Origin: Candidatus Zixiibacteriota bacterium
GTDB lineage: Bacteria > Zixibacteria > MSB-5A5 > GN15 > FEB-12
DNA length: 37,259 nucleotides
Assembly: GCA_041742355.1 (NCBI GenBank)
Contig: JBGSIV010000259.1
Location: 1-37,259, forward strand
Direction: 5' to 3'
Each line of letters begins with the position of its first letter. Within the stretch, counting starts at the first letter, position 1. Of this stretch, positions 16,786 through 27,664 are shown in pieces. The position numbers and the translations under genes were made by a program. The notes under the pieces are model-generated. The model searched no databases, had not been told where the DNA came from, and was given only the letters and a program-made list of their open reading frames with translations.

Positions 16786-19496
16786 GCGGTCTCTCCCGGT
16801 GCTACCGTCACCTTCTGCGGCACGACCAGGGCCCAGCTCCCCGCGATACCGACTGGAATACCTACCAGCCCCCGAGGCAACGACGGGCTCATCACTACCG
16901 GCAGTTCCCGTTCTTCGTCCCCCAGTTTCACGCGGACGATCGCTCCCGCTTCCGCCTGCATCCCCCCGACATCATCGGCGTTCATTAGCACGTATGGCTC
17001 GGGTACAAGGGTGGCCACCGGCGGCGAAGCCGCCGACATCGGCTCGCTGCCATAGATGTGGTAGAGCGGCACCGCCAGCCACTCCCCCGCCTTCGGCGTG
17101 TGGGTCACGGGAATTTCAGAGGCATACGCCGGGCGCACTCCCTGTTTCGGCTTCAGCAACCGCACTCCGGGGTCACCGCCACGCAGGTGCCCTCCGGCCT
17201 CCTGCTGGTATTTCGTCGTCGCCTGCACCGAGTTCCATCCCGGCGACCAGAAGAACGGAATCAATGCCGGACTCGGCGGTCTGCCCTGGTATCCCTCCAT
17301 CGAGAATGCCAGCGGTGTGTCGACATCGACTGGCGGCTTCGCTTCATGCACCGTCCGGTCTGCCATTTCCGCCGTCCGCCCGCTGTACCGGTGCGGAGCG
17401 CGTGGGATCCGCTGGTGCACGACCCGGTAGGTCGCCTCCGGCGCCGGCTCGATTGCAGAACCGATCTTCGTCAACCCGGTGCAGGCCGCCCGGTTGATAT
17501 CGTCGAGGTTGTGCCACCGCCCGGCCTCTTCCCGCCCCAGGCGCTCCATTATATCTCGCACCCACCTCCAACTTTCGGGCGGGCTCGTTTCCTGCGGCGG
17601 CAGCGCCTGGAAAAATCGCTGGGCACGCCCCTCGGAATTGATCAACGTGCCACCGGCGGCTGCATACGGCGCCACCGGCAGAAGGATGCTCGCTCGGGGT
17701 GTGGTCGCGCTCTCGAGGTGATCGAGAACAATCAGGTGGGCGGTTTTCGCCAGCAGCTGCTCAACCGACAACGTATCGGCTCGACGGAACAGACCATTCT
17801 CAAGCACGACAAGCGTATCGATCCCCTTCTCCTCGACCGCCTTCACCGCCTCGTCCCATCCCATTCCGTCGCAGAAGGCCGCTCCCAGGCTGTTGCACTC
17901 CGACAACGCCACGGCCAAGCCCACCGACCGCCCGAGCCCCTGCAGGGCATTGGCCACACTCGCCGCCGCTTCCACGATCGCCGGCGTCCGCAGGCTGCTG
18001 CCCGTGATAACCGCCGGTCGCTCAGCTTCGCGCAGATCCTGAGCGATCGAGGCCGCCAATTTCTGCATTGACTCCGGCAATCCCTTTACGTGGGGCGCTT
18101 TCGGATCGAGCTCGTGCGCCACGGCAAACCCCAGCAGTGCGATTTCGTCCGGCGCCCCCCGGAAGGTCTGCCGCGCTATCGCATCGAGCTTGCAGAATGC
18201 CGGCGTGGCGACAAACACTGGCCCCGTTTGATCCTGTATCTGCTCCCGGATCGCATTCTCAAGCCATACCACGCCGACTGTCTTCACCGCCTCGCGGATC
18301 GGCTGGTTGCGCGCCGCCTGGCGAACCGCGTAATCCATCATCGGCGCCGTGTTGGTCAGATCCTCGCCCAAGACCAGCACCGAATCGGACTGCTCTATGT
18401 CATGCAGTGACGCCGCCCGGACCGGCCCATGCCGGAAGATCTCAAGCACGCGGGAGGCGATCACATGCTCCGTCTGATCCATCCCGCTGCAGAAATTCTC
18501 CGGTCCCACTAGTTGCCGCACCGCGAAGTTCCCCTCCAGGCTCGCCCGCGGCGACCCAATCCCAAGCACCCTACCGCGCTCGATCAGTTCCGCCGCTCGC
18601 GCCACTCCTTCTTCGGAACTCACCACGCGCCCCTCGACCCGCGCCTCCCGAACCAACCGACCGGAATTCATGAAGTCGTAACCGAACCTCCCGCGGTCGC
18701 ACAGGAAGTAGCCGTTCACCTCCCGGTTGTATCGATTGATCACCCGCCGCGTTTCGCCATTGCGCGTGTTCACGATCGTATTGCAGCCGACACTGCAATG
18801 GTGGCACACCGAGGGCGCCGAGATCATATCCCACTTGCGGGTGTAATTGTGCTTGGCCGTCTTGTCGGTGAATACGCCGGTCGGACAGACCTCCACTAGG
18901 TTACCCGCAAACTCGCTCTGGAGCACACCGTCCTCCCTGCGCCCGAAATAGACGTGGTCATGCGCCCCGAACACATCGAGATCGTCTCCTCCGGCGAAAT
19001 CCCGGTAGAACCGCACACACCGATAGCAGGCGATACACCGGTTCATTTCGTGATTGATGAACGGCCCCAGATCCTGATTCCGGTGCGTTCGCTTCGTAAA
19101 CCGGTACTCGCGGTAGGTGTGGCCGGTCATATACGTCATATCCTGCAGGTGGCACTCCCCCCCTTCATCGCATACGGGGCAGTCGTGGGGGTGATTGACC
19201 ATGAGCCACTCGATCACGCTCTTGCGAAACGCCACCGCGTCGAGCGCCTTGATCGAGATCCGGGTCCCGTCGGTCGCAGGCGTCATGCACGCCATGACCA
19301 GTTTCCCCCTTCCTGCCAGTTCCGATTCTTCATCCTTGTAGGCCATAACGGCGCACTGCCGGCACGCCCCGACCGAGTTAAGCGCCGGGTGCCAGCAGAA
19401 GTACTCGAGGTTCAGGCCCACCGACAGCACCGCCTGCAGCAGATTGCGACCCTCGGGGACTTCGTATGCGATTCCGTCAACGTATATCGTCGTCAT
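16782..19496 (-). CDS. nuoG: NADH-quinone oxidoreductase subunit G (long, 904 aa)
   Basis: CWHPALNSVGACRQC, HPHDCPVCDEGGEC, CIACYRC...VCP and an N7-type CHHCSVGC...C motif. Confidence 0.97.
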   Translation of the reverse strand: MTTIYVDGIAYEVPEGRNLLQAVLSVGLNLEYFCWHPALNSVGACRQCAVMAYKDEESELAGRGKLVMACMTPATDGTRISIKALDAVAFRKSVIEWLMVNHPHDCPVCDEGGECHLQDMTYMTGHTYREYRFTKRTHRNQDLGPFINHEMNRCIACYRCVRFYRDFAGGDDLDVFGAHDHVYFGRREDGVLQSEFAGNLVEVCPTGVFTDKTAKHNYTRKWDMISAPSVCHHCSVGCNTIVNTRNGETRRVINRYNREVNGYFLCDRGRFGYDFMNSGRLVREARVEGRVVSSEEGVARAAELIERGRVLGIGSPRASLEGNFAVRQLVGPENFCSGMDQTEHVIASRVLEIFRHGPVRAASLHDIEQSDSVLVLGEDLTNTAPMMDYAVRQAARNQPIREAVKTVGVVWLENAIREQIQDQTGPVFVATPAFCKLDAIARQTFRGAPDEIALLGFAVAHELDPKAPHVKGLPESMQKLAASIAQDLREAERPAVITGSSLRTPAIVEAAASVANALQGLGRSVGLAVALSECNSLGAAFCDGMGWDEAVKAVEEKGIDTLVVLENGLFRRADTLSVEQLLAKTAHLIVLDHLESATTPRASILLPVAPYAAAGGTLINSEGRAQRFFQALPPQETSPPESWRWVRDIMERLGREEAGRWHNLDDINRAACTGLTKIGSAIEPAPEATYRVVHQRIPRAPHRYSGRTAEMADRTVHEAKPPVDVDTPLAFSMEGYQGRPPSPALIPFFWSPGWNSVQATTKYQQEAGGHLRGGDPGVRLLKPKQGVRPAYASEIPVTHTPKAGEWLAVPLYHIYGSEPMSAASPPVATLVPEPYVLMNADDVGGMQAEAGAIVRVKLGDEERELPVVMSPSLPRGLVGIPVGIAGSWALVVPQKVTVAPGETA

Positions 19497-19506
19497 TGCT
19501 CTCGCT

Positions 19507-20793
19507 TCATCTGTAGGGGCAGCGTTTCTCCCTGATGTGCCGGGCGAAATCCTCCCCGAAGTACTTCAGCGCACTCTGCAACGGTTCGACCGCACCCGGC
19601 GCCAGCGCGCAGAAGGTATTCCCCGGCGCCAGCCACTTGCAGTGCTGCTCCAGACGCAGCAGGTCGCCGAGGTGTCCCTCGCCGTCGCACATGCCCTCCA
19701 AGATCTTCTGCACCCACGGCAATCCGTCGCGGCAGGGTGTGCACCAACCGCACGACTCCCGCGCGAAGAACTTCTCAAGGTTCGCCACCATGCCCACCGG
19801 GCAGGTCCGGTTATCCAGCACGACCATTGTCCCGGTTCCCAGACGGCTCCCCGCCGAAGTAACGGCATCGAATCCCATTGGAGTGTCGAGGTGCTCTTCG
19901 ACGAGGAAGTCGGTTGAGGCTCCGCCCGGGAGCAGTCCTCTGAATTCGTATCCCGCTTTCATTCCACCGGCATGTTCTTCGAGGATCTCCCGGGCGGTCG
20001 TTCCCATCGGCAGTTCCCACAACCCCGGCCGTTTCACCTTGCCGCTCGCGCCGTAGAGCTTTGTCCCCCCGTCCTCTTCGATTGCGCTGAGCCCGTTGAA
20101 CCACTCCGGCCCGTTGGCCACGATCCCCGGCACGCAGCACAGGGTCTCGACATTCTGGACGATCGTCGGCTTCCCCCACAGCCCGCTCGTTTGCGGGAAC
20201 GGCGGCTTTGCTCGCGGAGTGGCCCGCTTTCCTTCCAGCGCGTTGAGCAGGCCCGTCTCCTCGCCGCACATATACCGCCCGGCCGACATGTGCACCGCCA
20301 TATCGAGGCTGAATCCGCTCCCGAGTATGTTCCTCCCCAGTAATCCGGCAGCGTAGGCATCTGCTATCGCCGCGCGCGTCCGCTCGGCCGGAAGGTGGTA
20401 CTCCCCCCGGACGAAGACATACGCCATCTCCGCCTCGATCGCATACGCCCCGCAAATCAGCCCCTCGATCAGCAGGTGGGGGTTCTGCTCCATCAGAAGG
20501 CGATCCTTGAAAGTTCCCGGTTCCATCTCGTCGGCATTCGCGACAATGTACTTCGGCCGCGGCGCTTCTTCGCCCATCGGCACGAAACTCCACTTCAGGC
20601 CGGTGTTGAATCCCGCCCCGCCGCGCCCGCGGAGATTGGCCTCCCTGACCATCAGCTGCACCTCTCTCGGCGTGTTCTCCTTGAGCATCCGGCGCGTTCC
20701 GCGATATCCTCCCCCATGCTCATACTCCTTCAGGCCGAGGGCGGAGCCGTCACCTTTGAGGTGGCCAGTCAGGGGCCGCTCACGTCTCGCCAT
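19507..20793 (-). CDS. nuoF: NADH-quinone oxidoreductase subunit F
   Basis: LRGRGGAGF, NADEMEPGTFKDR, YMCGEETGL, ESCGWCTPCR...FCALA; start ATG at 20793 overlaps the nuoE stop (TGATG). Confidence 0.96.
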   Translation of the reverse strand: MARRERPLTGHLKGDGSALGLKEYEHGGGYRGTRRMLKENTPREVQLMVREANLRGRGGAGFNTGLKWSFVPMGEEAPRPKYIVANADEMEPGTFKDRLLMEQNPHLLIEGLICGAYAIEAEMAYVFVRGEYHLPAERTRAAIADAYAAGLLGRNILGSGFSLDMAVHMSAGRYMCGEETGLLNALEGKRATPRAKPPFPQTSGLWGKPTIVQNVETLCCVPGIVANGPEWFNGLSAIEEDGGTKLYGASGKVKRPGLWELPMGTTAREILEEHAGGMKAGYEFRGLLPGGASTDFLVEEHLDTPMGFDAVTSAGSRLGTGTMVVLDNRTCPVGMVANLEKFFARESCGWCTPCRDGLPWVQKILEGMCDGEGHLGDLLRLEQHCKWLAPGNTFCALAPGAVEPLQSALKYFGEDFARHIREKRCPYR

Positions 20794-21260
20794 CACTGGT
20801 ACTCCCCCAGGATGCGGTCGATCTTCTCCAGGGTCAGTTCGACATGCGTATCCGCGCCGATGAGCATCGCGGGCGCCCTGTCGCAAATCCCAAGGCAAGC
20901 GATCGGCAGGAGCGTGAACCGGTTGTCCGGGGACGTCTGCCCGAACCGGATCCCGAGGCGTCGAAACAGATGCTCGCGCACTTCGTCATAACCGGTCAGC
21001 CAACAGCTGACGCTGTCGCACAGGAGGATCACGTGCCGCCCCACCGGCTTGCGGTAGATGAGATTGTAGAAGGTCGCAACATTGTCCAGCGCCGCCGGTG
21101 ACAACCCGACGTACTCGGCCACATCGGCCAGCGCCTCGTCGTTCACCCATCCCCCCCGGTGGCGCTGCACGATCTTGAGCGCCTCGAGGCACACCGACTG
21201 CCGCACCGGTACGTGCCGCAGTTCCTCATCGATCTCCATCTTTTCTTCAGGACTGAGCAT
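20793..21260 (-). CDS. nuoE: NADH-quinone oxidoreductase subunit E
   Basis: VATFY, CDSVSC and CLGICDRAP (2Fe-2S N1a ligands). Confidence 0.96.
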   Translation of the reverse strand: MLSPEEKMEIDEELRHVPVRQSVCLEALKIVQRHRGGWVNDEALADVAEYVGLSPAALDNVATFYNLIYRKPVGRHVILLCDSVSCWLTGYDEVREHLFRRLGIRFGQTSPDNRFTLLPIACLGICDRAPAMLIGADTHVELTLEKIDRILGEYQ

Positions 21261-21284
21261 GATTCGGGGACTTCCGTTTCATTG

Positions 21285-23048
21285 TCAGCGGTCAACCTCG
21301 GCCAGCACGAAGTCCACTGCGCCGAGTATGGCCAGCAAATCAGATATCGTGTGGCCCCGCGATATGTAGGGCACCATTTGTATGTGGGGAAAGGAAGGGG
21401 TGCGAATCCGCGTCCGGTACGACACCGTGTTGCCGTCGCTCACCAGGTAGTACGAGTACCAGCCTTTCGTCCCCTCGGTGATTACCGTCGCCTCGCCCGG
21501 CGGAATCACCGGCCCCCAACTCACATTGAGGAAGTGATTGATCAGGGTCTCGATATCGTGCATCGTCCGGTCCTTCTCGGGGGGCGTGGTCAAAGGATGG
21601 CTCGATTTGACCGGTCCGGCCGGCATGTTATCGAGACACTGCCGTATTATCCGCAGGCTCTGCCGCATTTCGGCGATGCGTACGATCGCCCGGGCGTAGC
21701 AATCCCCATCCTGGGCGGTCGGGATATCGAACTCGAATTGGTCGTACATTGAATACGGCCGCATCTTGCGCATGTCCCACTGGAGGCCGGTGGCCCGAAG
21801 CGGCGGCCCGGTTGCTCCCCAGTCGATTGCCTCTTGCGTGGTGTACGCCCCCACCCCCATGGTGCGCCCCTGAAAGATCCGGTTTCTCATTACCAGCCTA
21901 TCCCACTCGTTCAGCTCATCCGGCAGGAAATCGACAAATTCGCGCATGAGCTTGTCCCAGCCGAGCGGAAGGTCCTGCGCCACGCCGCCAATACGAAACC
22001 AGTTCGGGTGAAGCCGCCCGCCGCAGATTGCCTCGCAGATTCGCAGCAGCCGCTCCCGCGCGTTGAACATGTAGAACACAGGCGACAGCTGCCCGACATC
22101 CTGCGCGAATGTCCCATACCACACGAGGTGGCTCGAGATCCGGTACAACTCGCACATCATCACCCGGATTACCTGCGCCCGTTCCGGCACCTCGATTCCG
22201 GCCAGTTTTTCTACCGCCAGCACATACGGCAGGTTATTTGTCACTCCGCCGAGGTAGTCCACCCGATCGGTGTATGGGATGAACGTGTGCCAGGTCTGCC
22301 GCTCACCCATCTTCTCCTTCGCACGGTGGTGAAACCCTATATCCGGCACGATATCGACAATCACCTCTCCATCGAGTTGCAGCACCAGCCGAAGCACCCC
22401 GTGCGTGCCGGGGTGTTGCGGCCCGAGGTTGAGGAACATAAACTCCGAGTGCGGTCCCGACTGCTGCATCCCCCAGTCTTCCGGTTTGAATTGCAGCGCC
22501 GCTTCTTCCCAGTCTGAGACATCATCCGGCAGACGATACTCTCCCATCTCAGTCGCCCGCGCCGGATGTTCCTTCCGTAGTGGATGCCCTTTCCACGTCA
22601 GCGGCATGAGCAGCCGCTGAAGATGTGGGTGGTGGTCGAACTGCAGGCCGAACATATCGAACGCCTCCCGCTCATACCAGTTCGAGTTCGGCCACATCCC
22701 GGCGATGCTCTCCGTCGTCGGATATTCTCCACTCAGCGGCACCTTGATGCGAACATCCTCATTCCTATCCAGCGAAATCAAGTGGTACGCCACGGTGAAC
22801 CCGGCCGGGGGCTGCCCCTGACGGTGCTCCCGCGTCCGTTCGTCAATCGCGGTCAGGTCATACAGCATCCGGTACGGCCCCGGCGCTTCTTCCTTGAGAT
22901 ACCGCAGAATCTCCAATTGGCTGTCCGGTTGAATCCAGATGGTGGGGATACCGTCGGGCGTTGCCTGTTCCGCGATCACCTTGCCGCCAAACCGTTCCTT
23001 CAGTTCCTCTGCCGCTGACTGTGCCGGCGCTGTCCGCTCATTGGCCAT
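21285..23048 (-). CDS. nuoCD: NADH-quinone oxidoreductase fused subunit C/D
   Basis: NuoC motifs [11 protein letters not shown] and GHPLRK, followed in frame by NuoD motifs [21 protein letters not shown] and RIRTPSF; start ATG at 23048. Confidence 0.96.
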   Translation of the reverse strand: MANERTAPAQSAAEELKERFGGKVIAEQATPDGIPTIWIQPDSQLEILRYLKEEAPGPYRMLYDLTAIDERTREHRQGQPPAGFTVAYHLISLDRNEDVRIKVPLSGEYPTTESIAGMWPNSNWYEREAFDMFGLQFDHHPHLQRLLMPLTWKGHPLRKEHPARATEMGEYRLPDDVSDWEEAALQFKPEDWGMQQSGPHSEFMFLNLGPQHPGTHGVLRLVLQLDGEVIVDIVPDIGFHHRAKEKMGERQTWHTFIPYTDRVDYLGGVTNNLPYVLAVEKLAGIEVPERAQVIRVMMCELYRISSHLVWYGTFAQDVGQLSPVFYMFNARERLLRICEAICGGRLHPNWFRIGGVAQDLPLGWDKLMREFVDFLPDELNEWDRLVMRNRIFQGRTMGVGAYTTQEAIDWGATGPPLRATGLQWDMRKMRPYSMYDQFEFDIPTAQDGDCYARAIVRIAEMRQSLRIIRQCLDNMPAGPVKSSHPLTTPPEKDRTMHDIETLINHFLNVSWGPVIPPGEATVITEGTKGWYSYYLVSDGNTVSYRTRIRTPSFPHIQMVPYISRGHTISDLLAILGAVDFVLAEVDR

Positions 23049-23721
23049 GTTGCCCCCCGTCGCCAGCACCGAAGTCCTTCCAGATGCGATCCGGCGCCAC
23101 AAGATCGGTCTGGGGGCCTCGCTGTGCCAGGCGCAGATCCCGCAACACCGGTGGTTTTGCCCGCTGCACACCCTGTGGCCCCACCAACCATGACAGGGGC
23201 CGGCGTTCCCGCCCCACCGACTCCTGCAGGAGTGTCAACCCCTCCATGAGACTCATGGGATGCGGCGGGCACCCCTGCACGTACATATCGACCGGCATGA
23301 ACTTGTCCACCCCCTGCACCACACTATAGATGTCGAACATCCCCCCGGAGTTGGCGCACGATCCCATCGAGATCACCCACCGCGGCTCCATCATCTGGTC
23401 GTACAGCCGCTTGATAATCGGCGCCATCTTGATGAAAACCGTCCCCGCGATCACCATAACATCTGCCTCGCGCGGAGTCGCACGTATGACTTCCGCGCCG
23501 AACCGCGCCAAGTCGTAGCGGCTTGTCAGCGACGTGGCCATCTCGACATAACAGCACGACAGCCCGAAGTTAAACGGCCACATGGAGTTTTTGCGCCCCC
23601 ACGCCAGCAGATCCTGCAGCTTCGACATCACCAGGCTCTGCCGCACCATCTCCTCGAACCCCTTCCCGGCAATTTCCTTTACCAAACTCCCCGGGCGGGG
23701 ATTCGGGTCGAGGTATCCCAT
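23038..23721 (-). CDS. nuoB: NADH-quinone oxidoreductase subunit B
   Basis: [29 protein letters not shown] at 23721 overlaps the nuoA stop (TAATG). Confidence 0.96.
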   Translation of the reverse strand: MGYLDPNPRPGSLVKEIAGKGFEEMVRQSLVMSKLQDLLAWGRKNSMWPFNFGLSCCYVEMATSLTSRYDLARFGAEVIRATPREADVMVIAGTVFIKMAPIIKRLYDQMMEPRWVISMGSCANSGGMFDIYSVVQGVDKFMPVDMYVQGCPPHPMSLMEGLTLLQESVGRERRPLSWLVGPQGVQRAKPPVLRDLRLAQRGPQTDLVAPDRIWKDFGAGDGGQHGQ

Positions 23722-24137
23722 TACCGCACCTCCCGGCGGCGCCGTGCGGAACGCAGTTCCCCCGCCACCCAGTCGATCGCTCCGACCCGCCATTCGTAGA
23801 TCAGCCCGGCGATCAGGGTCGCCACAAACACCACCAGCCCCCAGTAACCGCTCCAGCCCACTTCGTGGGCGGCCACTGCCCAGCCAAAGATGAACGCCGC
23901 TTCGAGATCGAAGATGACAAACAGCATCGCCACCACATAGAACTTGACCGAGAACCGCATCCGCGCCATACCGGTCGACTTGATCCCTGATTCATACGGA
24001 TCGTTTGTGTGACGCCCCTTGTGACGCTGGCCGAGCAGGTACGACGCCCCGAGCATGAAGGCGATCACGAACAGCAGCATCGCCACATAGGCAAGCAGAG
24101 AAACGAATTGCGTGGGATCCGGGACAACGGCGTTCAC
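23721..24137 (-). CDS. nuoA: NADH-quinone oxidoreductase subunit A
   Basis: [33 protein letters not shown] start after GGAG. Confidence 0.95.
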   Translation of the reverse strand: MNAVVPDPTQFVSLLAYVAMLLFVIAFMLGASYLLGQRHKGRHTNDPYESGIKSTGMARMRFSVKFYVVAMLFVIFDLEAAFIFGWAVAAHEVGWSGYWGLVVFVATLIAGLIYEWRVGAIDWVAGELRSARRRREVR

Positions 24138-24416
24138 GAGACTTCACTCCAGTCCAGTTCCAGGGCGCGCGCGTTTTCGGAGAAGTGAGCCGGTGGCCTG
24201 GATAGTCTCGGCCGGCCGGTCAAAGGCGTGATGAAGCAGCTATCGTATCAAAAACATACGCGGCGGGTTCGAAGGACGTTGGCAGAAGAACCGTCAGACA
24301 AGGATGTTTTGTGCGGCGGGATGCCCCCCGGTGAGCAGATCCGACCTGGATGACATGCCGATGGCCGTTCGCGAGACCAATCCCCGAGGTGCCAGAAACG
24401 AGGTACTTCGAGCGGG

Positions 24417-25421
24417 CTAGGCGAGCCGCACGGCACGAAGATCTTCCGCCGCCCGCTCCGGTGGAACCGGATTGATGTAGATCCCCGTCCCGATCTCGAA
24501 CCCGGCCCGGGTCGAGATTCGCGGAATGATCACCATGTACCAGTGCAGGTACCGCGCGTCATGGTCGCCGCTCGGCGCCGACCGGATCAGATAGTTGTAG
24601 TCGGGGTTGTCCAAAGCGATATAGAGCCGCCCGAGCACGCGCCGCAGCACAGCCGCGAGGTCCGCCAGTTCCTCGTCGGTGGTCAACATGTAGCTGGCCG
24701 TGTGCCGTCGCGGGTAAATCCGGCACTCGAATGGCGATCGCGACGCCCAGGGACAGAAGGCCACGAAATGCGCCGACTCCTCGATAATCCCCTCCCCCCG
24801 CTTCAATTCTTCGGCCAGCACATCGCAGTACACGCAGGTTCCGTTCTTGTCGAAGTGACGCACCGCCTGCTCCACTGTGTCCCGCACGTGCGGCGGCACG
24901 ATCGGCGTCGCGATGATTTGCGAGTGCGGGTGCTCCAGCGAGGTCCCCGCCCGGGGGCCATGGTTGCGGAAGATGCTCACCAGGTTGATTCGCAAGTCCT
25001 TGTCGATAGTGACATACCGCTCCCGATAGGCCCTGAGAAATGTCGCCACCTCGCTCTCCGACATCTGCGCGGGCGAGAGATCATGCCGCGGGTGTTCGAT
25101 CACCACATCGGCCACCCCGAATCCTTCCGCCGCCAGGAACCTTCCGTGGTACGTCCGAGTCGGCTCCAGATCCCGGTTGAGCGCCGCATACAGGTTCGTC
25201 ACTACCCGCACCTGCCATTGGGGCCCATCGGTTGGATACACCAGCACCGGCACGGTGGTTCGCTCCTCGTTGCCGGGGCAGAACGGACAGTCCTGCCGCC
25301 ATTTCGGACGATCCAGTGGTTCAGGTTGCACCGCGGAATTGTTGTCCCGCGGCCGCTTCGACCGCTCGGGCGCAATGATCACCCACTCCTTGGTTGCCAA
25401 ATTCTGCCGAAATTCAGGCAT
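24417..25421 (-). CDS. galT: GalT-family nucleotidyltransferase (galactose-1-phosphate uridylyltransferase / ADP-glucose phosphorylase-like)
   Basis: WVIIAPERSKRP, CPFCPGNE, NHGPRAGTSLEHPHSQ (HPH active site), CVYCD, AGFEIGTG; SD GAGGAGG. Confidence 0.88.
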   Translation of the reverse strand: MPEFRQNLATKEWVIIAPERSKRPRDNNSAVQPEPLDRPKWRQDCPFCPGNEERTTVPVLVYPTDGPQWQVRVVTNLYAALNRDLEPTRTYHGRFLAAEGFGVADVVIEHPRHDLSPAQMSESEVATFLRAYRERYVTIDKDLRINLVSIFRNHGPRAGTSLEHPHSQIIATPIVPPHVRDTVEQAVRHFDKNGTCVYCDVLAEELKRGEGIIEESAHFVAFCPWASRSPFECRIYPRRHTASYMLTTDEELADLAAVLRRVLGRLYIALDNPDYNYLIRSAPSGDHDARYLHWYMVIIPRISTRAGFEIGTGIYINPVPPERAAEDLRAVRLA

Positions 25422-25704
25422 TCTGCCTCCTCAGCGCTTGCACCATCCTCGACCAGCACTGCCCAAACAACCCTCCCGCGACAGTCGTAGTCAGTATACT
25501 GTTTCAACATGTATAATGAAACAGGCAAGGGCAGACGGCGAGGACTACCCCCTCTGCCGGTCGATCACCTATCCCTCGGCCATAGCATCGGCCCCTGCAA
25601 CGACCCAGAAAAGTGCTTGGCGACAGCGTCAAAAGTGTTACATTGAACGCTTGCAAACCGCTGCATCCCGAGCCGGATTTGACCGATAACAGATTGTAGG
25701 CAAT

Positions 25705-27435
25705 ATGGATAACGATAACAAACCGCGAGCCGCGAAGAGTAGCGATATGGCAACCAACGACACGACTCCGTCCAACTTCATTCGCGATATCATTGACGAA
25801 GACAATGCGAAAGGTACCTACAACGGCCGGGTGCACACCCGCTTCCCCCCGGAACCCAACGGGTACCTGCACATCGGTCATGCCAAGTCGATCTGCCTGA
25901 ACTATGGTCTGGCCAAGAGCTACGGAGGCAAATTCAACCTCCGCTTCGACGACACCAATCCGACCAAGGAAGAAGAAGAATACGTCAATTCGATCATGGA
26001 AGATGTCCGGTGGCTCGGCGCTGACTGGGAGGATCGCCTGTTCTTCGCCTCCGACTACTTCCAACAGCTCTATGACTGGGCGGTGAAGCTCGTCAAGGAC
26101 GGCAAGGCGTATGTCGATGACCTGTCCCCTGAGCAGATTCGCGAATACCGCGGCACCCTGACGCAGCCCGGCAAGGAATCCCCCTGCCGCAGCCGCACGA
26201 TTGAAGAGAACCTCGATCTGTTCGAGCGGATGAAAAACGGCGAGTTTCCCGATGGCTCCAAAACCCTGCGCGCCAAGATCGATATGTCCTCGGGCAACAT
26301 AAACATGCGCGACCCGATCATGTACCGCGTCCTGCGCTCCCGCCACCACCGTACCGGCGACACGTGGTGTATCTACCCGATGTATGACTGGGCCCACGGC
26401 CAGTCTGACTCGATTGAAGGCATTACCCATTCGATATGCACCCTCGAGTTTGAGGACCACAAACCGCTCTACAACTGGTTCCTGCAAAACATCGGCATCT
26501 ACTGCCCCAAGCAGATCGAATTCTCCCGGCTCGAGCTCACCTACACCATTATGAGCAAACGCAAGCTGCTCCGGCTGGTGCAGGACAAGCTTGTCGACGG
26601 CTGGGATGACCCGCGTATGCCCACTATCTCGGGCCTGCGCCGCCGCGGCTACACTCCGGAGTCCCTGCGCGACTTCGCCGAGCGCGTCGGTGTCGCCAAG
26701 AAGAAGGGCTCCATCGTCGATCTCGCGCTGCTTGAACACTGCCTCCGCGATGATCTCAATCGTCGCGCCATGCGCGTCATGGCCGTGATCGACCCCCTCA
26801 AGGTCGTTATCACCAACTACCCCGAAGGCCAGGTCGAGCAGATCGAGGCGGTGAACAATCCCGAGGATCCGACTCACGGCACGCGAAAGGTCCCGTTCTC
26901 GCGCGAAATATACATCGAACGCGATGACTTCATGGAGAATCCGTCGAAGAAGTTCTTCCGGCTGGCCCCCGGCGCAGAGGTCAGGCTCAAGCACGCTTAC
27001 TTCATCACGTGCAACGAGGTCATCAAGGATGCTTCAGGCGCTGTGATCGAACTGCGCTGTACCTACGACCCCGCTACCGGAGGCGGCGATTCGCCCGACG
27101 GCCGCAAGGTCAAGGGCACGCTCCACTGGGTGTCGGCCACGCACGCCTACGACGGCGAGGTGCGCCTCTACGACAACCTCTTCACAAAGGAAAACCCCGA
27201 GGATGTCTCCGAGGGGCAGGATTTCACCGCCAACATGAACCCCCACTCGCTGGAGATCCGCTCCCACTGCAAGCTGGAGCCGTTCCTGCGCGACGCCAAG
27301 TCGGGCGACCGCTTCCAGTTCCTCCGCCACGGTTACTTCTGCGTCGACAACAAGTACAGCCGCGACGGCGCGCCGATCTTCAACCGGACCGTCGGCCTGC
27401 GCGATTCCTGGGCCAAGATCGCCGGGAAAGACTGA
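25705..27435 (+). CDS. glnS: Glutamine--tRNA ligase
   Basis: [15 protein letters not shown] (HIGH), [30 protein letters not shown]; no C-terminal YqeY extension; alternative start at 25747. Confidence 0.97.
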   Translation: MDNDNKPRAAKSSDMATNDTTPSNFIRDIIDEDNAKGTYNGRVHTRFPPEPNGYLHIGHAKSICLNYGLAKSYGGKFNLRFDDTNPTKEEEEYVNSIMEDVRWLGADWEDRLFFASDYFQQLYDWAVKLVKDGKAYVDDLSPEQIREYRGTLTQPGKESPCRSRTIEENLDLFERMKNGEFPDGSKTLRAKIDMSSGNINMRDPIMYRVLRSRHHRTGDTWCIYPMYDWAHGQSDSIEGITHSICTLEFEDHKPLYNWFLQNIGIYCPKQIEFSRLELTYTIMSKRKLLRLVQDKLVDGWDDPRMPTISGLRRRGYTPESLRDFAERVGVAKKKGSIVDLALLEHCLRDDLNRRAMRVMAVIDPLKVVITNYPEGQVEQIEAVNNPEDPTHGTRKVPFSREIYIERDDFMENPSKKFFRLAPGAEVRLKHAYFITCNEVIKDASGAVIELRCTYDPATGGGDSPDGRKVKGTLHWVSATHAYDGEVRLYDNLFTKENPEDVSEGQDFTANMNPHSLEIRSHCKLEPFLRDAKSGDRFQFLRHGYFCVDNKYSRDGAPIFNRTVGLRDSWAKIAGKD

Positions 27436-27449
27436 TAGATACGTCATAC

Positions 27450-27477
27450 CAGCCGCCGCCCGAATGGGCGGCGGCTG
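27450..27477 (+). terminator. Probable terminator hairpin after glnS
   Basis: Perfect 12-bp stem CAGCCGCCGCCC-GAAT-GGGCGGCGGCTG just after the stop; the U-tail is weak. Confidence 0.65.
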
Positions 27478-27581
27478 CGTGCTTTCAGGCTATTCTTTGT
27501 CGGTGCCCTCTGCACTCGTCCCTGCAACATGTTCTTCATCGCTCTTCGCTCCAATCGGTTCGGCCTCCCCCCCTCGCATGC

Positions 27582-27610
27582 TTGACAGCGATTAGCCGAT
27601 GCGGTATAAT
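27582..27610 (+). promoter_or_regulatory. Consensus sigma70-type promoter
   Basis: TTGACA (27582-27587), a 17-nt spacer and TATAAT (27605-27610), about 55 nt upstream of the ATG at 27665. Confidence 0.85.
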
Positions 27611-27664
27611 GCGGACAGAGAGCTCGTCATTGGCCGATCGGTATCGCTGATCGAGGAGGGTTCC

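Noticed and set aside
24147..24163. Triple CTGGA before nuoA (possible CsrA sites)
   Set aside because: Too short to distinguish from chance; the last copy is simply the SD.
25504..26994. 496-aa minus-strand ORF
   Set aside because: Antisense shadow of glnS.
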